Source of the DNA: a virus
IMG/VR virus record: IMGVR_UViG_3300013094_004547
Coordinates: 10,781-74,780 of that record
Strand: one strand, 5' to 3'
Length of the DNA stretch: 64,000 nt
Part shown: positions 53,517 to 61,908 of the stretch, in pieces
How positions within the stretch are numbered: position 1 is the first letter of the stretch
How the letters are laid out: the number at the start of each line of letters is the position of its first letter
Translations under genes and position numbers: made by a program
The notes under the pieces: generated by a model
What the model was told of the DNA's origin: nothing
What the model saw: the letters and a program-made list of their open reading frames with translations, nothing else
The model's database searches: none

Positions 53517-54055
53517 TGGCCGCCGCCCCGATGTTCGGCGGGCTGCCGCTCGCCCACGCGCCGATCGTCTCAATCCCCGCGCTGACGCACTACAGCTCGA
53601 GTCCGGTGCGCCGCATCTATTCCGTGGCCCAGCAGCCTCGGCCGCACTTCAAGCCGCACGGGCTGTGGGTGTCGGTTGATGCCGGCAGCTTTAGCTGGCC
53701 CGACTACGTCGAGTCCGGATGGTTCGATCACACCTATCGGCTGCGGGTCGTCCATGACGTGCGCCTCGAGGCCAAGGCGCGGATCCTGTTGATCGCGACC
53801 GTCGCGGATTTCGACGCGTTCGCCGGTCAGTACGGGCGCACCGAGCCCGTCGTCCCGTCCGACTATCACATGTACATCGACTGGCGGGCGGTGGCTGAAG
53901 CCTATCAAGGCATCGTCATCGCGCCCTACCGATACGATCGCCGGTTCGATGGCGGCCTCTGGTACTACCCCTGGGATTGCGCCTCCGGCTGCATTTGGGA
54001 TGCGGACGCGATCGCCGCGATCACGGTGCGCTCGTTTGCGCAGAGGGTCGCCTGA
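53513..54055 (+). CDS. Conserved phage hypothetical protein
   Basis: KPHGLWVS, IDW..VA..Y.GI.IAPY, WYY.WDCASGCIW. Confidence 0.75.
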   Translation: MMAAAPMFGGLPLAHAPIVSIPALTHYSSSPVRRIYSVAQQPRPHFKPHGLWVSVDAGSFSWPDYVESGWFDHTYRLRVVHDVRLEAKARILLIATVADFDAFAGQYGRTEPVVPSDYHMYIDWRAVAEAYQGIVIAPYRYDRRFDGGLWYYPWDCASGCIWDADAIAAITVRSFAQRVA

Positions 54056-54324
54056 TGGTCGCCCGCGCCCGCCGTCAGCCGGCGCCCGACCCGGCGCCCG
54101 TCGTTGCCCCGGTCAGCCCCGAGTTCGGCGCCTATCGCCTGGACGATCTCGGCTTCTGCCGCTGCCGGTTCCCGACCGCTCTGGTTAAGGGCAAGCACCG
54201 CTTCTGCGGCAAGCCGACGACGATCGACGCCTCCAACCGTCACGGCTCCTGGTGCGACGAGCATCGGGCGGTCGTGTTCATGCCGAAGCCGGTGATCGCC
54301 GCTCGCAAGGCGGGGAGGGCATGA
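54055..54324 (+). CDS. GcrA C-terminal-domain-like protein
   Basis: LDDL...CRFP...FCGKP...SWCDEH..VF matches the GcrA L.L..C.WP..FCG..YC..H..Y pattern. Confidence 0.72.
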   Translation: MVARARRQPAPDPAPVVAPVSPEFGAYRLDDLGFCRCRFPTALVKGKHRFCGKPTTIDASNRHGSWCDEHRAVVFMPKPVIAARKAGRA

Positions 54325-54812
54325 TGGCCAGCCTCCGCCCCACTCTTACACCCAGTCCCAGCCCCGCGCTCCGTCAGGCCCGTGTGGCCGCCTTCAACGC
54401 CGCCTATCCGGTCGGCGCGCCGATCCTGGTGTGGATCGGCAAATTCCGGGACGGCCAGCCGGTCGCGACGGAGGTCGAGGCGCCAGCCCGCTGCGCCGGC
54501 AAGACCGGCCCGATGGTGTGCGTGCGCGATCACGGCTGGATCGCCTTGACCCACGTCTTCCACCGCACTGTCCCAACTGAGCAGCGCGAGCTGTTCCTCG
54601 ACGCCCGCCGGATCGAGGTGGAGAGCGCCGAGCTGCGGGTCGCGCCCGCCGTCGCCGAAGGCCTGCGGCTGGCCGCGGCCGCGCGTCGGACCAGCGCTGG
54701 CGAGCTCGCCTGCCGGATCGTCGAGCTCGTGGTCCGCGAAGGGCTCGTCGACGCCGTCCTGCAGGACGGTGCTGAGATTGCGGCGCGCCGCCGCTACGGG
54801 GAGGCTGCCTGA
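54321..54812 (+). CDS. Hypothetical protein
   Basis: FNAAYPVG..V..IALTHV domain plus GLVDAVLQD module. Confidence 0.7.
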   Translation: MMASLRPTLTPSPSPALRQARVAAFNAAYPVGAPILVWIGKFRDGQPVATEVEAPARCAGKTGPMVCVRDHGWIALTHVFHRTVPTEQRELFLDARRIEVESAELRVAPAVAEGLRLAAAARRTSAGELACRIVELVVREGLVDAVLQDGAEIAARRRYGEAA

Positions 54813-54813
54813 C

Positions 54814-55095
54814 ATGCCCCACGCCAAGGAGCATCCGCTCGCCGGCCGCCGCGTCGTCCCCGACGCCCAGACCGGCGCTGCCCTCTACGTCATCGATTGG
54901 CTCGATCGCCTCCCCAGCGCTGGCTACCTGCTGAGAGCCGGCAATCCGGTAGGAGACGCCTTCCGCCGCCGCATCGCGGGCCTCGATCTGCACGTGTCGG
55001 GCGCCGTGCTCGCCCATGCCGCCCCCGGCGTCGCCCTCATCCACCACGCCGAGCTGCCGTCCTATGATCCTGTGCCAGTCGGGGTGATCTCGTGA
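54814..55095 (+). CDS. Hypothetical protein
   Basis: GGAGG RBS; HPLAG..Y.IDW.DR. Confidence 0.65.
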   Translation: MPHAKEHPLAGRRVVPDAQTGAALYVIDWLDRLPSAGYLLRAGNPVGDAFRRRIAGLDLHVSGAVLAHAAPGVALIHHAELPSYDPVPVGVIS

Positions 55096-55454
55096 GCGAC
55101 CGCGCCTTCCTGGGCGTCCTCGCCCATCTCGATCCCCGGGCCCCCGGCCAGACCATGCTGGTCACGGTCGCCCTGCCGCGTGGCGAGTGCGACGCCGTCG
55201 TGAAGGCGCTCGGCGCGCCGGACCCGGATCTTGGCGCCCACGTGGCGCTGCTGCCGTGCCTGCGCCCGGATCACCCCCGGAGCGATGACGAGGCGGTGCT
55301 GCTCGCTGCCCTCAGGACCGCCAACCGCCTGCTCACCGCTGGCCGGGTCCGCCTAACGCCGGAGCTGCTGCACGAGCTCGGTGCGATCGGGCGCCCCCGC
55401 ACACGCCGCGATTTCACCCAACCCCCACCCGCACGTCCGGAGGCGCTGCGCTGA
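55092..55454 (+). CDS. Hypothetical protein
   Basis: GTGA coupling. Confidence 0.55.
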   Translation: MSDRAFLGVLAHLDPRAPGQTMLVTVALPRGECDAVVKALGAPDPDLGAHVALLPCLRPDHPRSDDEAVLLAALRTANRLLTAGRVRLTPELLHELGAIGRPRTRRDFTQPPPARPEALR

Positions 55455-55684
55455 TGGCCTACGACCTCGTCAAACAGACTCACCCGGGCGCGCCCGCTGT
55501 GGTCGGCGCCCGTGTGGTCGAGCGCCTATCCGGGCGCCTCGGTACGATCGCCCCGCCGCGGGCCGGGCTCACCGGCGTCGGCGTCCAGTTCGACGGCCGC
55601 TTCGGGGTCGTCGACTGCCCGCCCGAGCGGATCCGGTACGCAGCCCCGCCGCCGGCGGCCTCCCAGACTTGGAGCGCCCGATGA
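55454..55684 (+). CDS. Hypothetical protein
   Basis: TGATG coupling; VGARV..G.I..V.FDG. Confidence 0.6.
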   Translation: MAYDLVKQTHPGAPAVVGARVVERLSGRLGTIAPPRAGLTGVGVQFDGRFGVVDCPPERIRYAAPPPAASQTWSAR

Positions 55685-55941
55685 GGGCCGCCCCCTCCCG
55701 ATCCTCGCAGCTGCTCGACCAGCTCGCCATCACCCTCGGCGTGCCGGTCAAGACCTTCGCCGCACAGACCACGTTCGCGCCCAGCAATGCCAGCGTCGAA
55801 CAGGTCGCTGCGCTGTTGGTCGACTTCGACGGCTGGCGCTTGGCCGTCGCCTTCGAAGCGCTGCCCCCGCAGTTTCGACGTTCGCTCGCCGACATCGCCG
55901 ATGCGCTCATCGCTTCCACCGCATCGAAGGATGCCGCGTGA
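55681..55941 (+). CDS. Truncated XRE-regulator-like protein
   Basis: LDQLAITLGVPV..F, G.RL..AF..L..RR.L..IA. Confidence 0.55.
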   Translation: MRAAPSRSSQLLDQLAITLGVPVKTFAAQTTFAPSNASVEQVAALLVDFDGWRLAVAFEALPPQFRRSLADIADALIASTASKDAA

Positions 55942-56258
55942 TGTCCATGCGCGATTGCCTTCGGCATCCGGTCTCCGGCGAAACCTACGCGAGCCTGCGC
56001 CTGCGAGCCCGGGCCATGCGCGCCGACGGCTGCACCGTCGCGAGCATCATGGCCGCCCTCGGCGTCAGCAAGCCGACGGCGTGGAAATGGCTCCGCGACC
56101 TACCGTGCCACGCCAAGGTGACGCGAGCGAACCGAAGGGCCGCGGACGAACTCCGCCGCATCTACCCGAAGGGTACGCATGCGTATGTCGCGAAGATGGT
56201 GCGCGCGGGGATCCCCCCGGCGACGCGGATCCAGCTCGCACGAGAGGCCGCCCGGTGA
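55941..56258 (+). CDS. HTH protein
   Basis: ARAMRADG.TV.SI.AALGVSK.TA.KWL. Confidence 0.7.
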   Translation: MSMRDCLRHPVSGETYASLRLRARAMRADGCTVASIMAALGVSKPTAWKWLRDLPCHAKVTRANRRAADELRRIYPKGTHAYVAKMVRAGIPPATRIQLAREAAR

Positions 56259-56446
56259 CCGGCCGCGCCGCGCCCCTCGGCATCGCCATGGCGGTCCTCG
56301 TCCTGTTCCTGGTCCTCGGGATCGTCCTCATCCCGTGGCTGGACGAGCTGCTGCGGGAGGCGATCGCGCGGAAGGACGCGGCCGAAGCAGCCGCCAACGA
56401 CAACGCAAGGGCTGCGGCCCGAAAGCCGGAAAGGCAGATCGGATGA
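56255..56446 (+). CDS. Small single-TM protein
   Basis: IAMAVLVLFLVLGIVLIPW. Confidence 0.6.
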   Translation: MTGRAAPLGIAMAVLVLFLVLGIVLIPWLDELLREAIARKDAAEAAANDNARAAARKPERQIG

Positions 56447-56874
56447 GCGCATCCCCGCACAACCTCAGCCGCGAACAGGTAATCGCCCTTCTCGAAGAGT
56501 GTGACACGCTACGCGAGCACGTGCGCCAGCTCGAGGAGGCGCTCGCGCCGACGATCGTGCTCCCGAAGGCCTGGCGCCTGACGACTACCGAGGAGCGGTT
56601 CATCCGCGCCATCCGGGCTGTGGGCCCGAACGTCCTGCACCGCGAGCGCGGTCTGCTCGCGCTCTACGGCATGTGGGACGAGGTACCTGACCAGAAGATC
56701 GTCGACGTCTGGGTCCACAAGGTCCGGACGAAGCTGCGCCACGCCCAGGCACAGATCACGATCGAGACCGTGTGGGGCCGTGGCTGGCGGATGACGGCCG
56801 AGAGCTGTGCCCGGTTCGACGCGATCGTTGCGGTTGACCGGGCACGGTGGGCTTCCGGCGAGAGGGCGGCATGA
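56443..56874 (+). CDS. Receiver-less OmpR-type winged helix resembling the CtrA DNA-binding domain
   Basis: LT..E, LYG..DE.P..KIVDVWVHKVRTKL, IETVWGRGW. Confidence 0.82.
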   Translation: MSASPHNLSREQVIALLEECDTLREHVRQLEEALAPTIVLPKAWRLTTTEERFIRAIRAVGPNVLHRERGLLALYGMWDEVPDQKIVDVWVHKVRTKLRHAQAQITIETVWGRGWRMTAESCARFDAIVAVDRARWASGERAA

Positions 56875-57233
56875 TGGCACGCCTCGGCCAGCATCAGCTG
56901 GAATCCCTCATGTCGGTAGCCTCGCCGACCATGCTCATGGTGACGCCAGGCAAGGTCGAGCGCGGGCTCGTGGCGGCCGGCCTGCTGGTCGAGCGCCGAG
57001 TGTTCGGCCCGCCGCTGCCCGGCAAGCCCCTGTGCGGTGCCGTCGGCATCTCGGCCGCGGGCCTCCGCCGGCTTGCCGACGAAATGGATGCCGGACGGGT
57101 CGCGAACGCCTTGGAGCACTGGGCGCGCGTGGCGGCCGAGCGGCGGCAGGCTCGCGAGCGCCGCGAGGCGTCGTGCGATCCGGCGACCGGGCGGGCGTTC
57201 GGGGAGCGGGTGAGCGCGGGGGAGTGGGTATGA
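56871..57233 (+). CDS. Hypothetical protein
   Basis: ATGA coupling; I.AAGLR.LADEMDAGR. Confidence 0.65.
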   Translation: MMARLGQHQLESLMSVASPTMLMVTPGKVERGLVAAGLLVERRVFGPPLPGKPLCGAVGISAAGLRRLADEMDAGRVANALEHWARVAAERRQARERREASCDPATGRAFGERVSAGEWV

Positions 57234-57277
57234 GCGGGCCTCTCAATGTCACAACAAGCCATTCCACCTGCTCAGTA

Positions 57278-58111
57278 TCAACTGCGACTTTGCTCGAAAA
57301 ATCGGTCCCGCTCATTCTGCATGATGATTGCCTCTTTACTCAAAATCTCGATGGACTTGGCGTAAATGCGATCCATGGCAGCAAAGATTTCATTGTCAAA
57401 GTAAAAAGATCCGTTTGTTTGCTGGATAGATCGAGCGTCATCATCGATAAGTGCCTTAAGTTCGTCAGATGCGGAACGGTGCGCAGACAAAATGTCGGCT
57501 GCGCAGACCCAGATATCTTGGCCAGCCTGCTGGAAAGATGGTCCGCCGAGCCCCCGAGCAATCTCATCGGTCATCTTACCAAGGCAGTCATCGAATGCAT
57601 CGATGCGCAAAATGTATTGCCGCAGACTATCTTTAAATACAGTAAGATTTCGAGGGGACATTTCCCCAAAGTGCTTTTGCTCCGAAATCTCGCCAGCCCT
57701 GGCAAAAGTGAACTGCGAAACTTTAAACATGTCGGAGTTCAGGCTTTCGAGAGCGGTGGCGGATCTAAACGCCTTGATTGCACTTTCGGTTCTCTGATCC
57801 AAAATTGGAAGTATTGCTATAGAACTTTGTCTAATACCGACGGAAATTTGCTCATCTGCTTTGTCAATTTGTCTGCGGATACCTATCCAGGCAATTCCAG
57901 CTGCGATCAAGGCTGCTACGGCACCAATCAAGGTCTGGTAGCGATTCAGCCAAAACTCGGTGCAGGCGAGGGCACCGGTCCCGATAGGCCTCATGCCTGG
58001 ATCATTGGCTCGATCAAGAGCTGCGCCACACAAGTGCGCTCCGCTCAGCAGCACGACTGCCAAAAGGACAACCGCCACCGCGCCCAGGCGCAGCTGTGTG
58101 TGCGTCGTCAT
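57278..58111 (-). CDS. AT-rich membrane-anchored helical accessory protein
   Basis: Signal/TM; EFWLNRYQTLIG..A.IAA.I..IRRQI; antisense to pL. Confidence 0.72.
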   Translation of the reverse strand: MTTHTQLRLGAVAVVLLAVVLLSGAHLCGAALDRANDPGMRPIGTGALACTEFWLNRYQTLIGAVAALIAAGIAWIGIRRQIDKADEQISVGIRQSSIAILPILDQRTESAIKAFRSATALESLNSDMFKVSQFTFARAGEISEQKHFGEMSPRNLTVFKDSLRQYILRIDAFDDCLGKMTDEIARGLGGPSFQQAGQDIWVCAADILSAHRSASDELKALIDDDARSIQQTNGSFYFDNEIFAAMDRIYAKSIEILSKEAIIMQNERDRFFEQSRS

Positions 58112-58163
58112 CCTGCCCCCGTCGTTCTCTTCACACCCACCACAGTAGCAGTTGAGTAGCCCC

Positions 58164-58364
58164 ATGGCCGACAGCACGATCACGCGCGAGATGATTGAAG
58201 CGGCCGCTGCGGCGATCGCCAATGCCCGGGGCGGCCGACGCGGTGCTCCCGAGATCGTCAACGTTCTCGACATCCTGCCGGAGAAGTTGCTGGCGGAGGT
58301 AATGGAGGACGCCGAGGCCGCGCTGAAGGCCGCCCTCGCGACGGGAGCCGCCCGCCATGGCTGA
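58164..58364 (+). CDS. Hypothetical protein
   Basis: ITREMIEAAA..A.AAL.AAL. Confidence 0.65.
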   Translation: MADSTITREMIEAAAAAIANARGGRRGAPEIVNVLDILPEKLLAEVMEDAEAALKAALATGAARHG

Positions 58365-58578
58365 GACCTTCACCGCCGCCGACCTCGCCGCTTGTGCCGA
58401 GCGCGAGCTGGTCCAGCGCCTTCGAGCCTACCCTCGATGGGTCGAGGCCAAGCGGATGACGCAGGCGCTCGCCGACCGTCAGACCGCGCTCATGCAGGCT
58501 ATCGCACGCAAGCTGCGCGCGGAGGCTAATGCCGAGGGTGCGAAGGGGGATCTGTTCGACGGGGAGGTGCACCCATGA
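58357..58578 (+). CDS. Hypothetical phage protein
   Basis: C.EREL..R..YPRWV..RMT..AD..M.AI. Confidence 0.75.
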   Translation: MAETFTAADLAACAERELVQRLRAYPRWVEAKRMTQALADRQTALMQAIARKLRAEANAEGAKGDLFDGEVHP

Positions 58579-58808
58579 TCGGCCGCACGTACCTCGAAAA
58601 GGGCGCGCCCGTCCGCGTTCTGATCCGCTGGGGCCTGACCAGTGCCGGTGCCTGTGCACCGATCGGCCCGCTCAACGACTGTAGCTGGAGCAAGCGGGGC
58701 GCCCCGCGCAACGTCCTGATCGAGCGCCAGGACGGCAGCCGGGTCGTCCGGCCGTTCCGTGGCCTGCGTAAGCTGCCGGAGGTGAGCCGTGAAGGAGCGT
58801 CATTCTAA
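58575..58808 (+). CDS. Hypothetical phage protein
   Basis: GRTYLE.G.PV..PRNVLIER.DGS.VVRPFRGLR. Confidence 0.75.
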   Translation: MIGRTYLEKGAPVRVLIRWGLTSAGACAPIGPLNDCSWSKRGAPRNVLIERQDGSRVVRPFRGLRKLPEVSREGASF

Positions 58809-59049
58809 GGTGAATTTCACCCGCACAAAATCTGCCGATCGCTCCACCACTCGGCAGCGGTTTCGGATTTGGATCGACATCGCGATCAGAAGAAACTCAT
58901 CTGGAAGGCGGTTCGCATCTGAAAGCTCGACCCGCGCTTCTCGAAACCCTTCGAGCTTCGCCAGGCAGTCAACGATGCGGATCGGATCCCCCAAAAGTCG
59001 CAGATGCGACTTTGAAGCCAACCCGCGGTTTCAAAGGATCGGTCGGCAT
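58800..59049 (-). pseudogene. PilZ-like gene with one extra G in a G5 run (58988-58992)
   Basis: Removing one G joins MPTDPLKPRVGFKVASATF to GDPIRIVDCL..ARVEL..LPDEF..CRVVERS..V.F. Confidence 0.65.
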
Positions 59050-59264
59050 GCAATCTCTGCGTGAAACTATGTTGCAACAGTCTATGCATGCCATGACGGA
59101 ACTGAAACAGTTCTATTGCGAATATCTGCTTGATTTTTCGACTTGCGACACACGGCCACTCGTCGCGGATTGCATTCTAAATATTCTTTTAGATTGTGCC
59201 CGCGCCCAAAGTAGCCCGCTCGACATCCCGAAAGCGGCATGAGTGCGATAAGCCGTTGGCCGCC

Positions 59265-59516
59265 TTAGAAAGTGAATATCAGTTCGATCTTCCGGCCCCG
59301 CTGCCAGGCAACTCGGCAACGTTGGTTGATGTACAGCCCTGTCGAAACCAAGCGCAAAAGCCCAAACGGCATTATTTGGGGTTCGACTTCGATCATTGCG
59401 CCGGCCTTACCTAGATCCCAAACTAGGCAATCGTGGCATTCTTCTGGATCCCCAAAATATATTTGCCCTGTTTTCAACGCCGTTTGGCGCGCGTCTTCTT
59501 TGTTTCGTTCAGCCAT
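59265..59516 (-). CDS. Stand-alone PilZ-domain protein
   Basis: R..ALKTGQIYF, DCLVWDLGKAGAMIEV, RCRVAWQRG..I...F. Confidence 0.78.
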   Translation of the reverse strand: MAERNKEDARQTALKTGQIYFGDPEECHDCLVWDLGKAGAMIEVEPQIMPFGLLRLVSTGLYINQRCRVAWQRGRKIELIFTF

Positions 59517-59624
59517 AAAACGCCCTTGGACTGGTAAATAGGGTTCTAAATAGAGAGCAATTTTTGTCGCATTAAGTTCCGAATTTAATTTGCTGCTTGT
59601 AGCTGGTCCCATTGGAGAAGCGAT

Positions 59625-60230
59625 ATGAGCGCCACCGCCCTCGCCACCCTCGACCTGTTCGGCGTGCCATTCGCCGACACCATCGCCCGTTCGGCCAACC
59701 TGTCCCGGTGCGGCGCCTACCGCTTCACGCTGACCCGCACCTGGTCGAGCGAGGGTGGCCACGTCTGCTTCATCGGGCTGAACCCGAGCACGGCCGACCA
59801 CCGGCAGGACGACCAGACGGTTCGCCGCTGGATCCACTTCGCCTGGTCCTGGGGCTACGGCGGGTTCACCGCGGTCAACCTCTACCCGCTGCGCACCCCG
59901 TCGCCGCCCGAGTGCCGGGCCTGGGCGCAGTACATGGACAACGGCCCGGATTGGTACGCGCGGGACCGCATCCACTTCAACAACCTGCCGGTCCTCTTGC
60001 GCGAGGCGAAGGCAGCCGCGCTGGTGGTCGCTTGCTGGGGCGCCGGCGCTTGGGACCCCGAATTCGTCGACCACGTGCTCGAGGAAATCACCACCGGCGA
60101 GGCGCCATGGCCCGATGTCCACTGCTTCGGGCTGACGGCTGACGGCGCGCCGCTGCACCCGATGGCGCGAGGGCGGTCGCGGATCCCGGATCACGCACGG
60201 CCAGTGATGTGGAAGGAAGGCTCCCGATGA
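59625..60230 (+). CDS. DUF1643 family protein
   Basis: SRCGAYRFTLTRTW, FIGLNPSTAD..DD.T.RR, VNLY, VVACWG, P.HP. Confidence 0.9.
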   Translation: MSATALATLDLFGVPFADTIARSANLSRCGAYRFTLTRTWSSEGGHVCFIGLNPSTADHRQDDQTVRRWIHFAWSWGYGGFTAVNLYPLRTPSPPECRAWAQYMDNGPDWYARDRIHFNNLPVLLREAKAAALVVACWGAGAWDPEFVDHVLEEITTGEAPWPDVHCFGLTADGAPLHPMARGRSRIPDHARPVMWKEGSR

Positions 60231-60748
60231 TCGCCCCCGACCCCGGCCGCACGGCCTACGAAGCTCGCTTCGCCGACTGCCGCCCGCGCGAGTTTGACCC
60301 GTGGGACAGCCTGGAGCCGGAGGTTAAGGCGATCTGGGCGCGGGTAGAGGTGGCGAGCCGCGTCGGCGGCGCGGTCTACACGGGCGACACCCGGCAACTG
60401 CACGCCGACCTGCTCATGGCGGCCGACGAGCTCGCCCGCATGGCGGCTCATGCCATAACGCCCGGACCGAAGGGCGCCGTCTGGGTCGAAAGCCCGGACC
60501 TGCTCATCGCCCTGTACCGGAACGCTGCGATCGCTTTGGCGACCGCCGATCGGGACAGCAGCGAATACGCTGACGCCATGAACGCGCGCATGGAAGACGC
60601 GGTGATATTCGAGCGCCTCCTCATCGCCTTCCACGACGCGATCCGCCGGCCGCTCGGCGTCACGCCGGACAGCGGGGCCGAGTTCTACGACCCGCGGATG
60701 GCGGACGAGGCGGAGGCGCGGCTGGCGCAGGGTGGGCGGACGGCATGA
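60227..60748 (+). CDS. Hypothetical protein
   Basis: ATGA coupling; FHDAIRRP.GV.PDS. Confidence 0.65.
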   Translation: MIAPDPGRTAYEARFADCRPREFDPWDSLEPEVKAIWARVEVASRVGGAVYTGDTRQLHADLLMAADELARMAAHAITPGPKGAVWVESPDLLIALYRNAAIALATADRDSSEYADAMNARMEDAVIFERLLIAFHDAIRRPLGVTPDSGAEFYDPRMADEAEARLAQGGRTA

Positions 60749-61218
60749 GCGCGACCGCCGATCAGATCATCCAGCAAAGGTGGAAGCGCATGTTCGTCGT
60801 GTTCGACCTGGACGGCACGCTCGCCCTGACCGAGCACCGCGCGCACTTTCTGAACCGGCCCGGTCGCGAGAAGGACTGGCGCGGGTTCTACGCCGCCTGC
60901 GATCGGGACGAGCCCTGCCACCCGATCATCCGCACGCTGCTGGCGCTCGACGCGACCGGCGCCGAGGTCGAGATCTGGTCCGGCCGGTCCGACGAGGTGA
61001 AGGACAAGACCACCGCGTGGCTGGCTGAGCAGGGGCTGGGGCACATCCTAATCCGGACGCGGGCTGCCGGCGACCACCGCCCCGACACGGTGCTGAAGGC
61101 CGAATGGCTGGACGAGGGCCGGAAGCCGGATCTGATCTTCGAGGACCGAGCGAGCGTCGTCGCCATGTGGCGGGCGCGCGGGTTCGTGGTGTGCCAGGTC
61201 GCGCCGGGGGAGTTCTGA
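60745..61218 (+). CDS. HAD phosphatase resembling the 3'-phosphatase domain of polynucleotide kinase
   Basis: FDLDGTLA, SGR, R..D.RPD..K, FEDR..VV.MWR..G..CQVA.G.F. Confidence 0.88.
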   Translation: MSATADQIIQQRWKRMFVVFDLDGTLALTEHRAHFLNRPGREKDWRGFYAACDRDEPCHPIIRTLLALDATGAEVEIWSGRSDEVKDKTTAWLAEQGLGHILIRTRAAGDHRPDTVLKAEWLDEGRKPDLIFEDRASVVAMWRARGFVVCQVAPGEF

Positions 61219-61697
61219 TGAACCGCCGCTACGCCGCCCCCACGTCGGTCCCGATGGACCGTAGCATCTCTGAGATCCGGACCACAGTCCGGCGCTACGG
61301 AGCCAGCGAGTTCGCTCACATGGAAAGCGACACGCAGGCCGCGATCCACTTCACCATGCGCGGCCGGCGGATCCTGTTCCGGCTCGCGATGCCGGACCCG
61401 AAGGCGGCCGAGTCCACGAAGACCGAGACGGGCAAGCCTCGCTCGGCCAGCGTCGCCGAGGCCGCGTGGGAGCAAGCCTGCCGCTCGCGCTGGCGGGCGC
61501 TCGCTTTGGTGATCAAGGCGAAGCTCGAGGCCGTCGAGGTCGGCATCGTGGTATTCAAGGACGAGTTCCTCGCCAACACGGTCCCGCCGGGCGCGAGCGT
61601 TACCTTCGGCGAAGCTGTACGCGAGAACATGCGGCTGGCCCATGAGAAGACAGCGCTGACGCCGCTGCTGCCGTATCTGGGAGGGGCAAATGGGTGA
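61218..61697 (+). CDS. Conserved phage protein
   Basis: YA..T.V..RS..EI..YGA..F, WRAL.L.IKAKLEAVE.GI..F..EFL. Confidence 0.8.
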   Translation: MNRRYAAPTSVPMDRSISEIRTTVRRYGASEFAHMESDTQAAIHFTMRGRRILFRLAMPDPKAAESTKTETGKPRSASVAEAAWEQACRSRWRALALVIKAKLEAVEVGIVVFKDEFLANTVPPGASVTFGEAVRENMRLAHEKTALTPLLPYLGGANG

Positions 61698-61908
61698 AGC
61701 GGTGCAGCCCCTGGCTTACCGACCGAAAGACGCGGCGACTGTGCTCGGCGTGAGCCGCTCTACGATCTACCAGATGATCGCCGACGGACAGCTCGTGGCG
61801 CGGAAGCTGGGCACAGCGACGGTGATCCCTCACTCCGAACTGGCGCGCGTGCTCGACGGAGCGGCCTTATCCGCGGCCACGAAAGCCGCCCAGGCATCCA
61901 TCAAGTGA
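61690..61908 (+). CDS. xis: Excisionase-like HTH protein
   Basis: AATVLGVSRSTIYQMI..G.L..KLG; next to the integrase. Confidence 0.82.
   Translation: MGEAVQPLAYRPKDAATVLGVSRSTIYQMIADGQLVARKLGTATVIPHSELARVLDGAALSAATKAAQASIK

Noticed and set aside
56807-58159. 450-aa plus-strand ORF
   Set aside because: Antisense to the better-supported membrane gene 57278-58111.
59012-59242. Small plus-strand ORF between the PilZ-like genes
   Set aside because: No RBS or motif; overlaps the start region of the broken PilZ-like gene.
59572-59588. Possible CtrA box
   Set aside because: TTAA half-sites are 9 nt apart, not 7.
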